From IMG/VR virus record IMGVR_UViG_3300021093_000006: a stretch of DNA of 64,000 bases, one strand, 5' to 3'. The DNA is from a virus. A program made the position numbers and the translations under genes. The notes beneath the pieces were generated by a model. The model had not been told where the DNA came from and ran no database searches. It saw nothing but the letters and a program-made list of their open reading frames with translations. The first letter of the stretch is position 1, and every line of letters begins with the position of its first letter. This document shows positions 16,732 through 26,044 of this stretch, in pieces.

Positions 16732-17634
16732 TTATTTATCGTTTTCTTTATATAATTTTAAAAGTCTTTCTCTGGCATGTACACAATAATCCTCAACTAA
16801 ATCGATTCCAATATATTGTCTACCCATTTTATAGGCTGCGTATGGTGTTGTACCTGTACCTGAAAAATTATCTAACACAATATCATTAGGTTTTGAATAT
16901 AAATCAATAAAGTAATTCGCAAACTCTGTTGAGAATGTTGCCTCATGTCCTTCTACTTTACCATCATTATTTTTGGCTTCAATAAAATTGTAGTAGGTAT
17001 TAAAGTATTTCTGTCCCGTTTTAGATAAAGATGAAACTATTTTGTTTGCACTAAAATTAGGTGTCTTTGCAAATATATAAACCATCTCTACAATTCTAGT
17101 CATTCTATTAGGATGCCCACTTAAAGGTACACAAGATTTCTTTTTCCAAGACGCAGTATCATATATCTCTAAAGAAGTATTTTCAAATACCTCATTAATT
17201 AAAATATATGGTAACGAAGGATTAAATGTTGTATAACTATAATTAAACGCAATTACCCCATCATCGGTTAAAATCCTTTCATATTCTTTAAAAACATCAA
17301 CTAACCAACTAATGTATTCTTTAACTGGTTGATTATCCTTAATTAAATCTTTGGCTCCTGGATATTTATGATTATCTTTTCTAATCGATGCTAAATATGG
17401 AGGAGATGTAAGAATTAAATTAATACTCTTATCTTCAATTTTTTTCATCGTTTCAACAGTATCCCCACAATATATCTGATTAGTTAATAACCCAACATTG
17501 TTTGATTCCGATACGGTTTCTAAAACCACATCATCTACGATATTTTCTTCTTTTTCTATCGTTATTTCACGCATGGTTTTTTCTGCAAACAATAATAATT
17601 GTCCAAATTTTCTTTTCTTTGGAATTCTTCCCAT
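16732..17634 (-). CDS. DNA methyltransferase, N4/N6 family (beta class, SPPY so probably N4-cytosine)
   Basis: TSPPY motif IV precedes VLDNFSGTGTT motif I; start may be internal. Confidence 0.88.
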   Translation of the reverse strand: MGRIPKKRKFGQLLLFAEKTMREITIEKEENIVDDVVLETVSESNNVGLLTNQIYCGDTVETMKKIEDKSINLILTSPPYLASIRKDNHKYPGAKDLIKDNQPVKEYISWLVDVFKEYERILTDDGVIAFNYSYTTFNPSLPYILINEVFENTSLEIYDTASWKKKSCVPLSGHPNRMTRIVEMVYIFAKTPNFSANKIVSSLSKTGQKYFNTYYNFIEAKNNDGKVEGHEATFSTEFANYFIDLYSKPNDIVLDNFSGTGTTPYAAYKMGRQYIGIDLVEDYCVHARERLLKLYKENDK

Positions 17635-17636
17635 AA

Positions 17637-18548
17637 TTATAAAAATGAATGTTTAAATAAATCTAACTGTGTCCCTACTGATGGTAACTGATTTTTGTTC
17701 TCACCATAATTCATAATGAGTAATTCTTCACCCATATTTTGTTTTACGCCACTTTTAGCTGCGGCAGCTTTGGCAAATTCTTTCATTTCCCATACATATT
17801 CTGTTTTAGGAAACCACTCCCTAAGTAGAGGAAAATCATAATAACTTAAAGAAAATTTACCTTTAATATTTTTTAATACGTTTGCCAATCTTTCGTGATC
17901 GTTCCTATCAAAATCGTGATTAGAATAATAATTTTCAGTTTTCCAATAAGGTGGATCTACATAAAAATAAGTTTTTTCGGAATCGTATTTTTGTATTACA
18001 TCACTAAAATCTAAATTTTCTACAAATGTAATCCTATCGAAATGTTCTCTATATTTCTTATCTTTAAGTTTATCTAAAAATATTAATACCTTACATCTAT
18101 ACTTACCTTTATAATCCATATAGTTAGATGTTTCTGGTTTAGAACCTGAAAATATCTGAGTTAGGACATAAACATATTTTGCGGCAATTTCATATTTATT
18201 TTCTTCTGTGATAACAATACCAGAAGAATTAAATAACTCATTCTGGTATTGTCTAAACATTTCTGAATAAATCTGAGGTGTTTCAGATACCCCTAATTGT
18301 TGGCAAGGATATTTAGATATTTCATCCCACAACTGATTATAATCCTTACAACAATCAAATAAATTCGCATTTAAACTATTGAAGTCATTATAAACCACTG
18401 TTTTCAAATTAGGATACCTTTTTAAATCCATTCTAAAAAATACCCAAAACATACCACTAAAAGGTTCTACGTATGTTTCTATATCTTTGGAGATAAATGG
18501 TTCTATCCATTTAGATATCCTCGCCTTGCCACCAATATAACTTATCAT
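17637..18548 (-). CDS. Dam-like (D12 class) N6-adenine DNA methyltransferase
   Basis: YIGGK, EPFSG, YND and YVDPPY motifs. Confidence 0.9.
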   Translation of the reverse strand: MISYIGGKARISKWIEPFISKDIETYVEPFSGMFWVFFRMDLKRYPNLKTVVYNDFNSLNANLFDCCKDYNQLWDEISKYPCQQLGVSETPQIYSEMFRQYQNELFNSSGIVITEENKYEIAAKYVYVLTQIFSGSKPETSNYMDYKGKYRCKVLIFLDKLKDKKYREHFDRITFVENLDFSDVIQKYDSEKTYFYVDPPYWKTENYYSNHDFDRNDHERLANVLKNIKGKFSLSYYDFPLLREWFPKTEYVWEMKEFAKAAAAKSGVKQNMGEELLIMNYGENKNQLPSVGTQLDLFKHSFL

Positions 18549-18757
18549 TGTAATTTTCTACTATTTTCAATATGAACTTTTATTCTTTCTACTTTAGTTA
18601 GTAAGAAATCTCTATCTTCATCACTAAGATTTACGGTTTCTGACCATTTCATCCCCAAAACACTCATTAACTCCCAATTCTTTTCTTGTGTAGTTAAATT
18701 TGGATCTGTGGCTAGTTTATTAATACCGTTACTATTATCTAACTGCATCTTCCTCAA
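18545..18757 (-). CDS. Hypothetical protein
   Basis: 70-aa ORF. Confidence 0.6.
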   Translation of the reverse strand: MRKMQLDNSNGINKLATDPNLTTQEKNWELMSVLGMKWSETVNLSDEDRDFLLTKVERIKVHIENSRKLQ

Positions 18758-19160
18758 TTTGTTTTTGTTCTAAAAGTACAGAAATACTTTCTTTAATCGA
18801 TAGGTAAGTGTCGATACCGTATTTTCTTAACACACCACTAAATGTATTAACATCTGGTTTAACTATACTAACTTTATCTTTATCCATATCATAAACAATC
18901 TGAGCCAAAAGATCATTAACGATATACTCTTTTTGTGTATCCTCTAATTGATCGAATATAGGTTCATTAACCTGAATGATGATGTCATAGTCAGTCATGT
19001 ACTTCACAATGTCTTGTGACTTACTAACTATACCAAAATCTTTTTTAAGATTGTTATTCGATAAAATTTTAATTTTAAGGAATTTAGGGATAGAACTCTC
19101 ATCAATGTGTTTTTGAAATAATTCTAATGTGTCTTCAAAGACTTCTTCAAATTTTGCCAT
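18735..19160 (-). CDS. Phage metallopeptidase-like domain protein, lacking HExxH
   Basis: Family-like C-terminus IVKPDVNTFSGVLRKYG; no His motif. Confidence 0.5.
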   Translation of the reverse strand: MAKFEEVFEDTLELFQKHIDESSIPKFLKIKILSNNNLKKDFGIVSKSQDIVKYMTDYDIIIQVNEPIFDQLEDTQKEYIVNDLLAQIVYDMDKDKVSIVKPDVNTFSGVLRKYGIDTYLSIKESISVLLEQKQIEEDAVR

Positions 19161-19216
19161 AATGTTTTAAATTTTTAATTAATAGTGAACAATAATATTT
19201 ATTTATTTTCAAAAAA

Positions 19217-20212
19217 TCAAATTTTTAGTGAATTTATTTTTTCTTTTTCATCTTCATCTACATTTGTAGGGATATCTAACCATATTTCTAATAACATATC
19301 ACCGTTTACATTATCTCTCACAAAACCTTTATTAGGTACCCTTAACATTGTACCCACCTTAGTTCCAGAATTTATTTTAAATCGTATTTTGTTATCCATA
19401 GTGTCAACTTCAACTGAATCGTTACCTAATACTAAATCTTTATAAGACAGGTTTATTTTTTGGTGTAAATCCATCCCAACCCTTTTAAATTTTTCGTGTG
19501 GGATTTCAACTACGTTAATCAATAAATCACCCTCAACGCCATTCCTAACTGAATTACCCATCCCAAAAACTCTCAACATTTCACCATCCATAATACCTTT
19601 AGGTAAATCAAACTCAAACGGGACGTTACTTTGATTTACTCCCTTACCATAACAAGTATCACATTTTTTAGTTATGATTGATCCAGTACCTGAACAATAT
19701 GGACATTGTATATTACTTTGTATTTGACCAAAAGGTGTATTTTGTGTTTGAGTTACCATACCAATACCATCACAAGTACCACATTTAATTGTTTCGCCAC
19801 CTTTTCCACCACAAGGTTCACATTTAGATAACTTTTTATAGATTACTTTCTTTTGAACTCCATTATACATTTCTTCTAACGTTAGTTTCACATTAAGTCT
19901 AATATCACCACCCTTTATCTTTCTTTTATTCATATTACCATAGAAGGAAGAAAATATGTCATTCATATTCATTCCTGCAAATGGATTTGTTTTACCATCT
20001 GCACTACCAAATCTATCGTAATTTAATTTTTTTTCTTTATCAGATAATACCGAATATGCTTCGGCAATACTTTTAAATTTTTCTTCCGCCTCTTTATTAT
20101 CAGGATTTAAATCTGGATGATATTCTTTAGATAACTTTCTATACGCTTTTTTTATTTCAGATTCATCCGCATTTTTACTAACACCTAAAACTCCATAATA
20201 GTCTTTATTCAT
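19217..20212 (-). CDS. dnaJ: Class A DnaJ co-chaperone
   Basis: J domain with HPD, four CxxCxGxG repeats, C-terminal substrate-binding domain. Confidence 0.93.
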   Translation of the reverse strand: MNKDYYGVLGVSKNADESEIKKAYRKLSKEYHPDLNPDNKEAEEKFKSIAEAYSVLSDKEKKLNYDRFGSADGKTNPFAGMNMNDIFSSFYGNMNKRKIKGGDIRLNVKLTLEEMYNGVQKKVIYKKLSKCEPCGGKGGETIKCGTCDGIGMVTQTQNTPFGQIQSNIQCPYCSGTGSIITKKCDTCYGKGVNQSNVPFEFDLPKGIMDGEMLRVFGMGNSVRNGVEGDLLINVVEIPHEKFKRVGMDLHQKINLSYKDLVLGNDSVEVDTMDNKIRFKINSGTKVGTMLRVPNKGFVRDNVNGDMLLEIWLDIPTNVDEDEKEKINSLKI

Positions 20213-20267
20213 TATTTTATATTTATTTTTTATAAAGTATAAGTATTTTTATTTAGAAAATAAAGTC

Positions 20268-20918
20268 GTGCGTTACAGAATTATAATTACACAGAATGGT
20301 AAAAAAAGAAAAATACTATATGAAGGTAGTAATGAAAGTAGTGCAAAAGAAAAATATTTTAAAACAAAAGATAAAAATAAAGTTTTATTACCAAAAAAAA
20401 ATAACGCATATAAGAAGGTAACTCCAGTTATTTATGAGTTACTTTTATTGAAAGAGAAAGAGGAATCTGATACCGATTACTTTGATAGGGATGATTTAGG
20501 TAGAACTATACCTATAAAATTGAATAGTGATAAATGGAGTCTGATTCATAAATCAGAATATTTTTATGAGGAAAAATTTAGTGTTTATGGTTATAAAGAA
20601 AGAATGGACACTAAAAAAGTATTAAAGTTTTTTATCCTTAATAAAGCCAAAGAAGATAATATTAAACAAATAAATTATATTAATAATAAACTTTTAATAC
20701 ATCAAAATTCTGATTTTGATATTGTGATTTGTAAAAATTCTTACGATACTAAAAGATTATATAAAGTTTTGGTGGAATTTTGTGAAACTAATAAAGTGAA
20801 AAATATTCTTTTCACTGGTTCTATTAATAGAAAAAATAGAACTAAAACATATAAAAGGATTGTAGAAAAAACAGGATGGACAATAAATAAAACTTATCGA
20901 TCATCCACCCGTCCCTAG
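20268..20918 (+). CDS. Hypothetical basic protein
   Basis: 216-aa ORF, abuts convergent gene. Confidence 0.75.
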   Translation: MRYRIIITQNGKKRKILYEGSNESSAKEKYFKTKDKNKVLLPKKNNAYKKVTPVIYELLLLKEKEESDTDYFDRDDLGRTIPIKLNSDKWSLIHKSEYFYEEKFSVYGYKERMDTKKVLKFFILNKAKEDNIKQINYINNKLLIHQNSDFDIVICKNSYDTKRLYKVLVEFCETNKVKNILFTGSINRKNRTKTYKRIVEKTGWTINKTYRSSTRP

Positions 20919-21392
20919 CTATTCAACACCAACCTGAAACTTATTACTGATATCTTCTATGATATCGTTTAGTCTATCCAATTCATTATTGTCATCAATA
21001 TAAACAGGGTTAATACATTTTATTTCTTCTTTATCATCAGTAGGTATAAAGAATAATCTCACATCATCCCCTTTATTTTCTAAATATTTTCTTACACTAT
21101 CACCGTAAGTCTCGATCATTTCTCTATTCCCAAATAGATCTCTTTGTAAATAGAATACTAATATTAAAGGGGTGTATTTATTATTTTGACTTTTAAACTT
21201 ATCTAAAGAAACATAGTAAACATTTTCAGTTGTTATCCCATATTCTTTACTTAATTCATTTTCATTTTCTAATCTATCTTCTTCTCCGATAGCGTCTTTA
21301 CATTCAATTGGATTATCGTTATCATCCATAACATAAACTAGATAATGTCTTTCACCTTTTTCTAATTTAATGTTTTTAGTAACAATTTTCAT
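20919..21392 (-). CDS. Hypothetical protein
   Basis: 157-aa ORF. Confidence 0.75.
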   Translation of the reverse strand: MKIVTKNIKLEKGERHYLVYVMDDNDNPIECKDAIGEEDRLENENELSKEYGITTENVYYVSLDKFKSQNNKYTPLILVFYLQRDLFGNREMIETYGDSVRKYLENKGDDVRLFFIPTDDKEEIKCINPVYIDDNNELDRLNDIIEDISNKFQVGVE

Positions 21393-21469
21393 ACATATAA
21401 TTTCTTAACTTTGTTATTATAATCAATGTTACTGAAATTAATTTAAAGTGTAAACATTATAAAATAAAA

Positions 21470-21491
21470 AAGGGAAGATTTCTCTTCCCTT
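21470..21491 (-). terminator. Intrinsic terminator after the putative large ncRNA
   Basis: AAGGGAAGA-4nt-TCTTCCCTT followed by U-run on minus strand. Confidence 0.8.
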
Positions 21492-21494
21492 AAA

Positions 21495-21960
21495 TATTGG
21501 TGTCGGAATGGTGGTCCTGTGGTATTTTAAGTGGTATAGTACCCACTCCAATTATTATTAACCCATTCTGGTTCGGGTGTCTTTTTTTTAGTTGAGACGA
21601 ATCCAACTATCTTTTTTTACTTGTGATAACCAAGAGGTATGTTTTTCGGCCTAAAGTGTGAGAATTTCTCACGTTTAAACTCACCTATGGTCGCCACTTT
21701 ATAACTTTTTTGGGGTAAAGTGGTAAAACCCGCGTTTAACTGTTTCTAGAATTGTAAAAAATTGCAGAAACCATTCGTTTATTGGACTTAAAGGGAATTT
21801 GTTAATTCCCAATCCAGTACACCTAAATAATAATGTGGTATCGGAATCGTTTGACACTTTACCTAACCGTGAGTGGTCCCCCGCTTTCACGGTTTACACC
21901 CTTGTAGTTAGGAGGGTTATCGAGCCCTGATCCATGTAGCTTAAATTATAGTTTTAAATT
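21495..21960 (-). ncRNA. Putative large (~460 nt) multi-hairpin ncRNA
   Basis: GC-richer non-coding gap with many hairpins (AACCGTGA/TCACGGTT, CACTTTA/TAAAGTG, GTGAGAA/TTCTCAC, AGTTG/CAACT), boxA-like motif upstream and terminator downstream. Confidence 0.55.
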
Positions 21961-21996
21961 TTGCTGCAATTATTCCTTAACTACCACAAATACTTT

Positions 21997-22008
21997 TTTC
22001 AAAGAACG
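21997..22008 (-). promoter_or_regulatory. boxA-like motif CGTTCTTTGAAA
   Basis: Immediately after the stop of the DUF2828 gene, ahead of the structured region. Confidence 0.5.
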
Positions 22009-22010
22009 TC

Positions 22011-23423
22011 TTATATAGTTATTAAACTATATCTTTCATCATTTACAGTATCCATCAATATGGATTCTGGTGTCATATTCTTACCACCTAATAAGGATTT
22101 AAGAATTGACGGACTAAATCCTGATACCAATGCCGTACCTTCTTTATCGAACTCAACTGGAAAGTTACCACCTTTCGCATTTAAATTCCAATAAATAATA
22201 TCAGGTTTTTTATAACCAGCCTCTTCATACATACTCTCAATCATATTTTGAGAGGTATTACTCCTATATGTAGCCGCATTAAACTGCATATCCGATAAAA
22301 TCAATATTTTAGTTGGCATCATATCCTCAGATATGTTATTTTTCTTAGCCTGTGTAAGTATTAAACTAAATACTTTTTCTAAATTAGTACTCATACCCCA
22401 ATCAGCACTAAGTAATTGTTTTAATCTTTGATTTAAACTACCTTTTAAATATTGTAGTTGTGGATCTTCTGAGAATGTAATAAATGCATCTTTAAAGTTT
22501 CCTTCACTTCTTTCTGAAATATACATACCCAATGATACTGCCACATCCATACAAGTTAGGTTTGGATTTCCACCCACTTCACAACTCATAGAGCCTGAAA
22601 CATCTACCACTGGTAATATTCTTTCAGAAGAACCTTCCATAAAATTAGGTAGTGATTCCCATTGTTTATTGTTAACAACATGATCCCCACCATATCTCAT
22701 AGATTTAATAATATCGTATGGATACACTGCTCCAGCGTTTACCTTAGCAGTCCCTTCGATTAATGCGGTTTTATATTCTTCATATCTAACAGTATCATTT
22801 CTTTTAAATGATTTTTGATATCTGGAAGATGCCAAAGAAGGTAATTTAGAGTAATCAATAGATTCCCAATCCTTAGAACACATTTTAGTTTCAACAACAT
22901 TAGTTAAGTCAACTAACATTTTTCTATATTGTTTAGGTGTCAATTTAAATAGTTTTCTAAGTCTATTCGCATCTTCACCTTTCCTAGGCATCCATTTTGC
23001 ACATAACCCATTACCGTTAGTCAACGCAGTTTTGATTGTATCAAACATATCATTTTCTAATTCAGTACCTAAAAGGATTAAAATATCATCCCATCTACCA
23101 AATTCAGGAATAAGGTTAATATTTTTTTTCAATGTTTGTGGGGAATTGGTAGACAAATATTGTATAATGTCTCTAAAAACTTGTCTTTCACCCGCACCAC
23201 CTCTAACGTCTCTAACCCAAAAAAGAATTTTTGTGGAAATTAAAGGATTCTCTAAAAATGCTTCACTAAACATTTTAGTTACTTTATCTTTTGATTTTCC
23301 TCTCATTGATCCAATAGAGAAAAATAAATCAACACACTTATTAAGTGTTGTTGGATTAGTAACCATACCATTATCAGTTAACGTTACATTTTCTTTTTCA
23401 ATATTAGTCAATTGTGTTTCCAT
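22011..23423 (-). CDS. DUF2828 / TROVE(Ro60)-like protein with C-terminal vWA domain
   Basis: RDVRGGAGER, EFGRWDD, AKWMPR, MIDAS DVSGS, ILSDMQF, IYWN; start moved to METQL (TAAATTTG promoter at 23445-23452). Confidence 0.85.
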   Translation of the reverse strand: METQLTNIEKENVTLTDNGMVTNPTTLNKCVDLFFSIGSMRGKSKDKVTKMFSEAFLENPLISTKILFWVRDVRGGAGERQVFRDIIQYLSTNSPQTLKKNINLIPEFGRWDDILILLGTELENDMFDTIKTALTNGNGLCAKWMPRKGEDANRLRKLFKLTPKQYRKMLVDLTNVVETKMCSKDWESIDYSKLPSLASSRYQKSFKRNDTVRYEEYKTALIEGTAKVNAGAVYPYDIIKSMRYGGDHVVNNKQWESLPNFMEGSSERILPVVDVSGSMSCEVGGNPNLTCMDVAVSLGMYISERSEGNFKDAFITFSEDPQLQYLKGSLNQRLKQLLSADWGMSTNLEKVFSLILTQAKKNNISEDMMPTKILILSDMQFNAATYRSNTSQNMIESMYEEAGYKKPDIIYWNLNAKGGNFPVEFDKEGTALVSGFSPSILKSLLGGKNMTPESILMDTVNDERYSLITI

Positions 23424-23502
23424 ATCTTTTTCTGTTTCTGAATACAAATTTATATACAATTTTTTAAAAAGTCAAATATTTTTTAAAAAAAATAATTTTT
23501 TT

Positions 23503-24129
23503 TTAATTATCGAATCAAAATACTAATCTCAAATTATCTGGATTACCTATTTCAAGTAAATCATTTACTACTGTTCTGAAAAAATAAGTGAACCCCTCTT
23601 CCTCCAATTCTTTTTCACTCATCTTATAATAAGAAGAATCTAAAATTTCATTCAGATAAATATAATTATGTGAATGACCATCAATATCCCATTCATTACT
23701 AAGTTCTAAAATTTTTTCAGATACATCATAAGGTAATCCTCTAAGATCACCAGTAATCATATCTCTACTACAATCTCTTACCCCCGCCAATACACCAAAT
23801 AATCCGTAGTTTCTACCGCTATATGGTTGACATGTTCTAGGATCACTTAGTTTAGTTTTTTTAATGTAGATTTCTTCTCCGTCATCAGAAAATAAATCTA
23901 CAAAAAATTTATTAAAAACAAATTCTTCTATTTTATTAGAGGGTTTTCCACCATTAAAATATTTTTTTAAAATTAACTCACATTCATCTACATCTAAACC
24001 TAAATTATGATTCATATATTTTATTGCCATTTCTAATGGATATTCATCGATAAATTCATTACCAACCATTTCCCATCGATTAGTTTCGGAATTTTTTCTT
24101 TCTACATACATATGAACATCACAACCCAT
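23503..24129 (-). CDS. Conserved phage hypothetical protein (MGCDVH...VFWFDN type) with TGA at 23515-23517 three codons before TAA
   Basis: Ends RLVF*FDN-stop; RNYGLFGVLAGVR and DGHSH motifs; TATCTTTG promoter at 24147-24154. Confidence 0.7.
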
Positions 24130-24177
24130 AATAATATTATTTTCTACAAAGATAGAATAAATTTTTTAATTACAAAT

Positions 24178-25188
24178 TTATTTATACATTTCTTTTAAAT
24201 AATCCATATTCTTTTTAAGAACATTTCTACCCATAAATTTTTCGACAAACTTTTCATGTCTATTATATAACATAATACCATTATAATCTGGTGATTCACC
24301 TGCAAAAATATCTATATATCTATATTTAATGTTGGTAGTACTTTGTTTGGCAACAGATGATCTTCTTTTTACTTGAACTAAATATATTTCGCCATCCTTT
24401 TCCATAATAAGATCAACACCATATATCATATCAATAAAATTACCATTACATCCTTCATATAATGAAGTAAATCCATCTTCCTGTAATAATTCTTTTGTTA
24501 AATTTTCTACAAAATCACCAATTTTAGTATTATTTTTTGTGTTGTAAGTATAATCTTCATACTCATCCAATGTAAAATATTTCTGTAATAGTTTTGTCAA
24601 TGTCTCACCTTTTAACGTCAACAAGAATTTTTTTATTTCAGTACTATTCATTTTAGATAGTTTTTCTATCTGCCCACCTTTGATGAATAAAGTGGTTAAT
24701 AGTTCCGCTAAATCACTATAATTAGTATTTAATTTGTTTACATAACTCCATTCACCATCGTTGTTCTTTACCAAACAACAATTATTTAATTTTTGACTAT
24801 AATAAGTCCCATCTGACTTTTTTATGATATCGTTAATGATTACTGTTCTATGTAAATACCCTAATGGTTTCTGATATAAGTGATTTAAATTTTCACACTG
24901 AACTATATCTTTTAAAATGAAATTAATATTTTCTTTCATATTAAGTCCATCTTCATCACAAACCCAACTACTTAATTTCTTAATATTATCACAAACTAAT
25001 TTTTCGTTACCATAAAATCTATCACAACAATAATATTCTATCATTCTACTTTCTAATATCTCATCTACTACTTTACGTTCTTTTTCTTCCGATTCAACGC
25101 TAGGATGAGACAAACCATTATCATAGGTTTCTTTATCATCATTTAAGAGATAATCCATAAAATCTTTGTATGTATTGTTTTCTTCCAT
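24178..25188 (-). CDS. Protein with C-terminal PD-(D/E)xK nuclease-like domain
   Basis: GVDLI...LVQVK motif. Confidence 0.55.
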   Translation of the reverse strand: MEENNTYKDFMDYLLNDDKETYDNGLSHPSVESEEKERKVVDEILESRMIEYYCCDRFYGNEKLVCDNIKKLSSWVCDEDGLNMKENINFILKDIVQCENLNHLYQKPLGYLHRTVIINDIIKKSDGTYYSQKLNNCCLVKNNDGEWSYVNKLNTNYSDLAELLTTLFIKGGQIEKLSKMNSTEIKKFLLTLKGETLTKLLQKYFTLDEYEDYTYNTKNNTKIGDFVENLTKELLQEDGFTSLYEGCNGNFIDMIYGVDLIMEKDGEIYLVQVKRRSSVAKQSTTNIKYRYIDIFAGESPDYNGIMLYNRHEKFVEKFMGRNVLKKNMDYLKEMYK

Positions 25189-25232
25189 ATATTTTTTTTC
25201 TAATAATATGGATTTTTTTAAGGAATGTCAAA

Positions 25233-25454
25233 TTACTCTATTTCAAATACAAAAGTAATTCCCGCAATATTAATTTCTATTAAATCGTTGTGTACAAAAT
25301 TAGTTAGGTTATTATTTGTATTATAAAATAATTCTTTATCTAATTTTTTATGAGTATCTTTATCTAACTTATACGAAATAGTTAAATTTTCGGTAGGTAT
25401 TAATTCATTTTCTACGCATTCATTTGCGATTTCTAAAACTTTTTCTAAATTCAT
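25233..25454 (-). CDS. Hypothetical protein
   Basis: 73-aa ORF. Confidence 0.7.
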   Translation of the reverse strand: MNLEKVLEIANECVENELIPTENLTISYKLDKDTHKKLDKELFYNTNNNLTNFVHNDLIEINIAGITFVFEIE

Positions 25455-25455
25455 A

Positions 25456-25647
25456 TTAAAATACTTTTAAAAACTTCTCCCAAGTACGTCTTATAAACGA
25501 TTTTTTTATTTTTTTTACATTACTACCATTAATCTTAATGTGTTCACCTAATCCATTTTTGATGTCCTTTATGAATTTTTCTTTTTTAAGTTCAGTTTTT
25601 AATTTTTCTAATTGTATATCAGATTCTATTTTTTTAAATTCATCCAT
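25456..25647 (-). CDS. Hypothetical protein
   Basis: 63-aa ORF. Confidence 0.65.
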   Translation of the reverse strand: MDEFKKIESDIQLEKLKTELKKEKFIKDIKNGLGEHIKINGSNVKKIKKSFIRRTWEKFLKVF

Positions 25648-25660
25648 ATTATAATTATAA

Positions 25661-26044
25661 TTAAAAAATTCTAACTAGTGAAGAATAAAGTGTAGGAAAA
25701 AGTGGTTTTGGTAAATTTTCCATAGTAAACCAACCCCAATTTTGATTTTCATCATTTAATTTACATTTTTTCATACCATCACAAAAACCTATAAAAAAAT
25801 AATACGTGTGTCCCATAGTAATTTGTTCCTCAAATAGTTTAAATATTATATCCTCAGATTTAATACCTGTTTCTTCTTCTAATTCTCTTTTAACTCCATC
25901 TAAGACATCTTCATCTTTTTCTATTGTACCACCAAATAACGACCAAGAATTTGCAAAAGAAGTATTTTTTCCTCTTTGACTAAGTAAAAAGGAATTGGTT
26001 CTAATATCTATCAATAAAACTCCTCCGTATTTTTTATTTGTCAT
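25661..26044 (-). CDS. NUDIX hydrolase
   Basis: Nudix box GGTIEKDEDVLDGVKRELEEETGI. Confidence 0.92.
   Translation of the reverse strand: MTNKKYGGVLLIDIRTNSFLLSQRGKNTSFANSWSLFGGTIEKDEDVLDGVKRELEEETGIKSEDIIFKLFEEQITMGHTYYFFIGFCDGMKKCKLNDENQNWGWFTMENLPKPLFPTLYSSLVRIF

Noticed and set aside
21699-21890. 63-aa ORF inside the structured region
   Set aside because: GTG start, no recognisable motif, and it runs through several hairpins; more likely incidental, though not excluded.
23032-23526. Plus-strand 164-aa ORF and similar antisense ORFs (233, 4095, 4847, 7464, 7752, 8295, 8601, 19185, 21961, 27443, 28304, 32078, 32383, 33863, 34390, 35205, 37422, 38795, 39271, 40102, 41295, 43179, 44082, 44528 region, 44904, 49711, 50834, 57579, 58069, 60693)
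   Set aside because: They overlap well-supported genes on the opposite strand and have the Ser/Phe/Leu/Ile-rich composition typical of antisense shadows.
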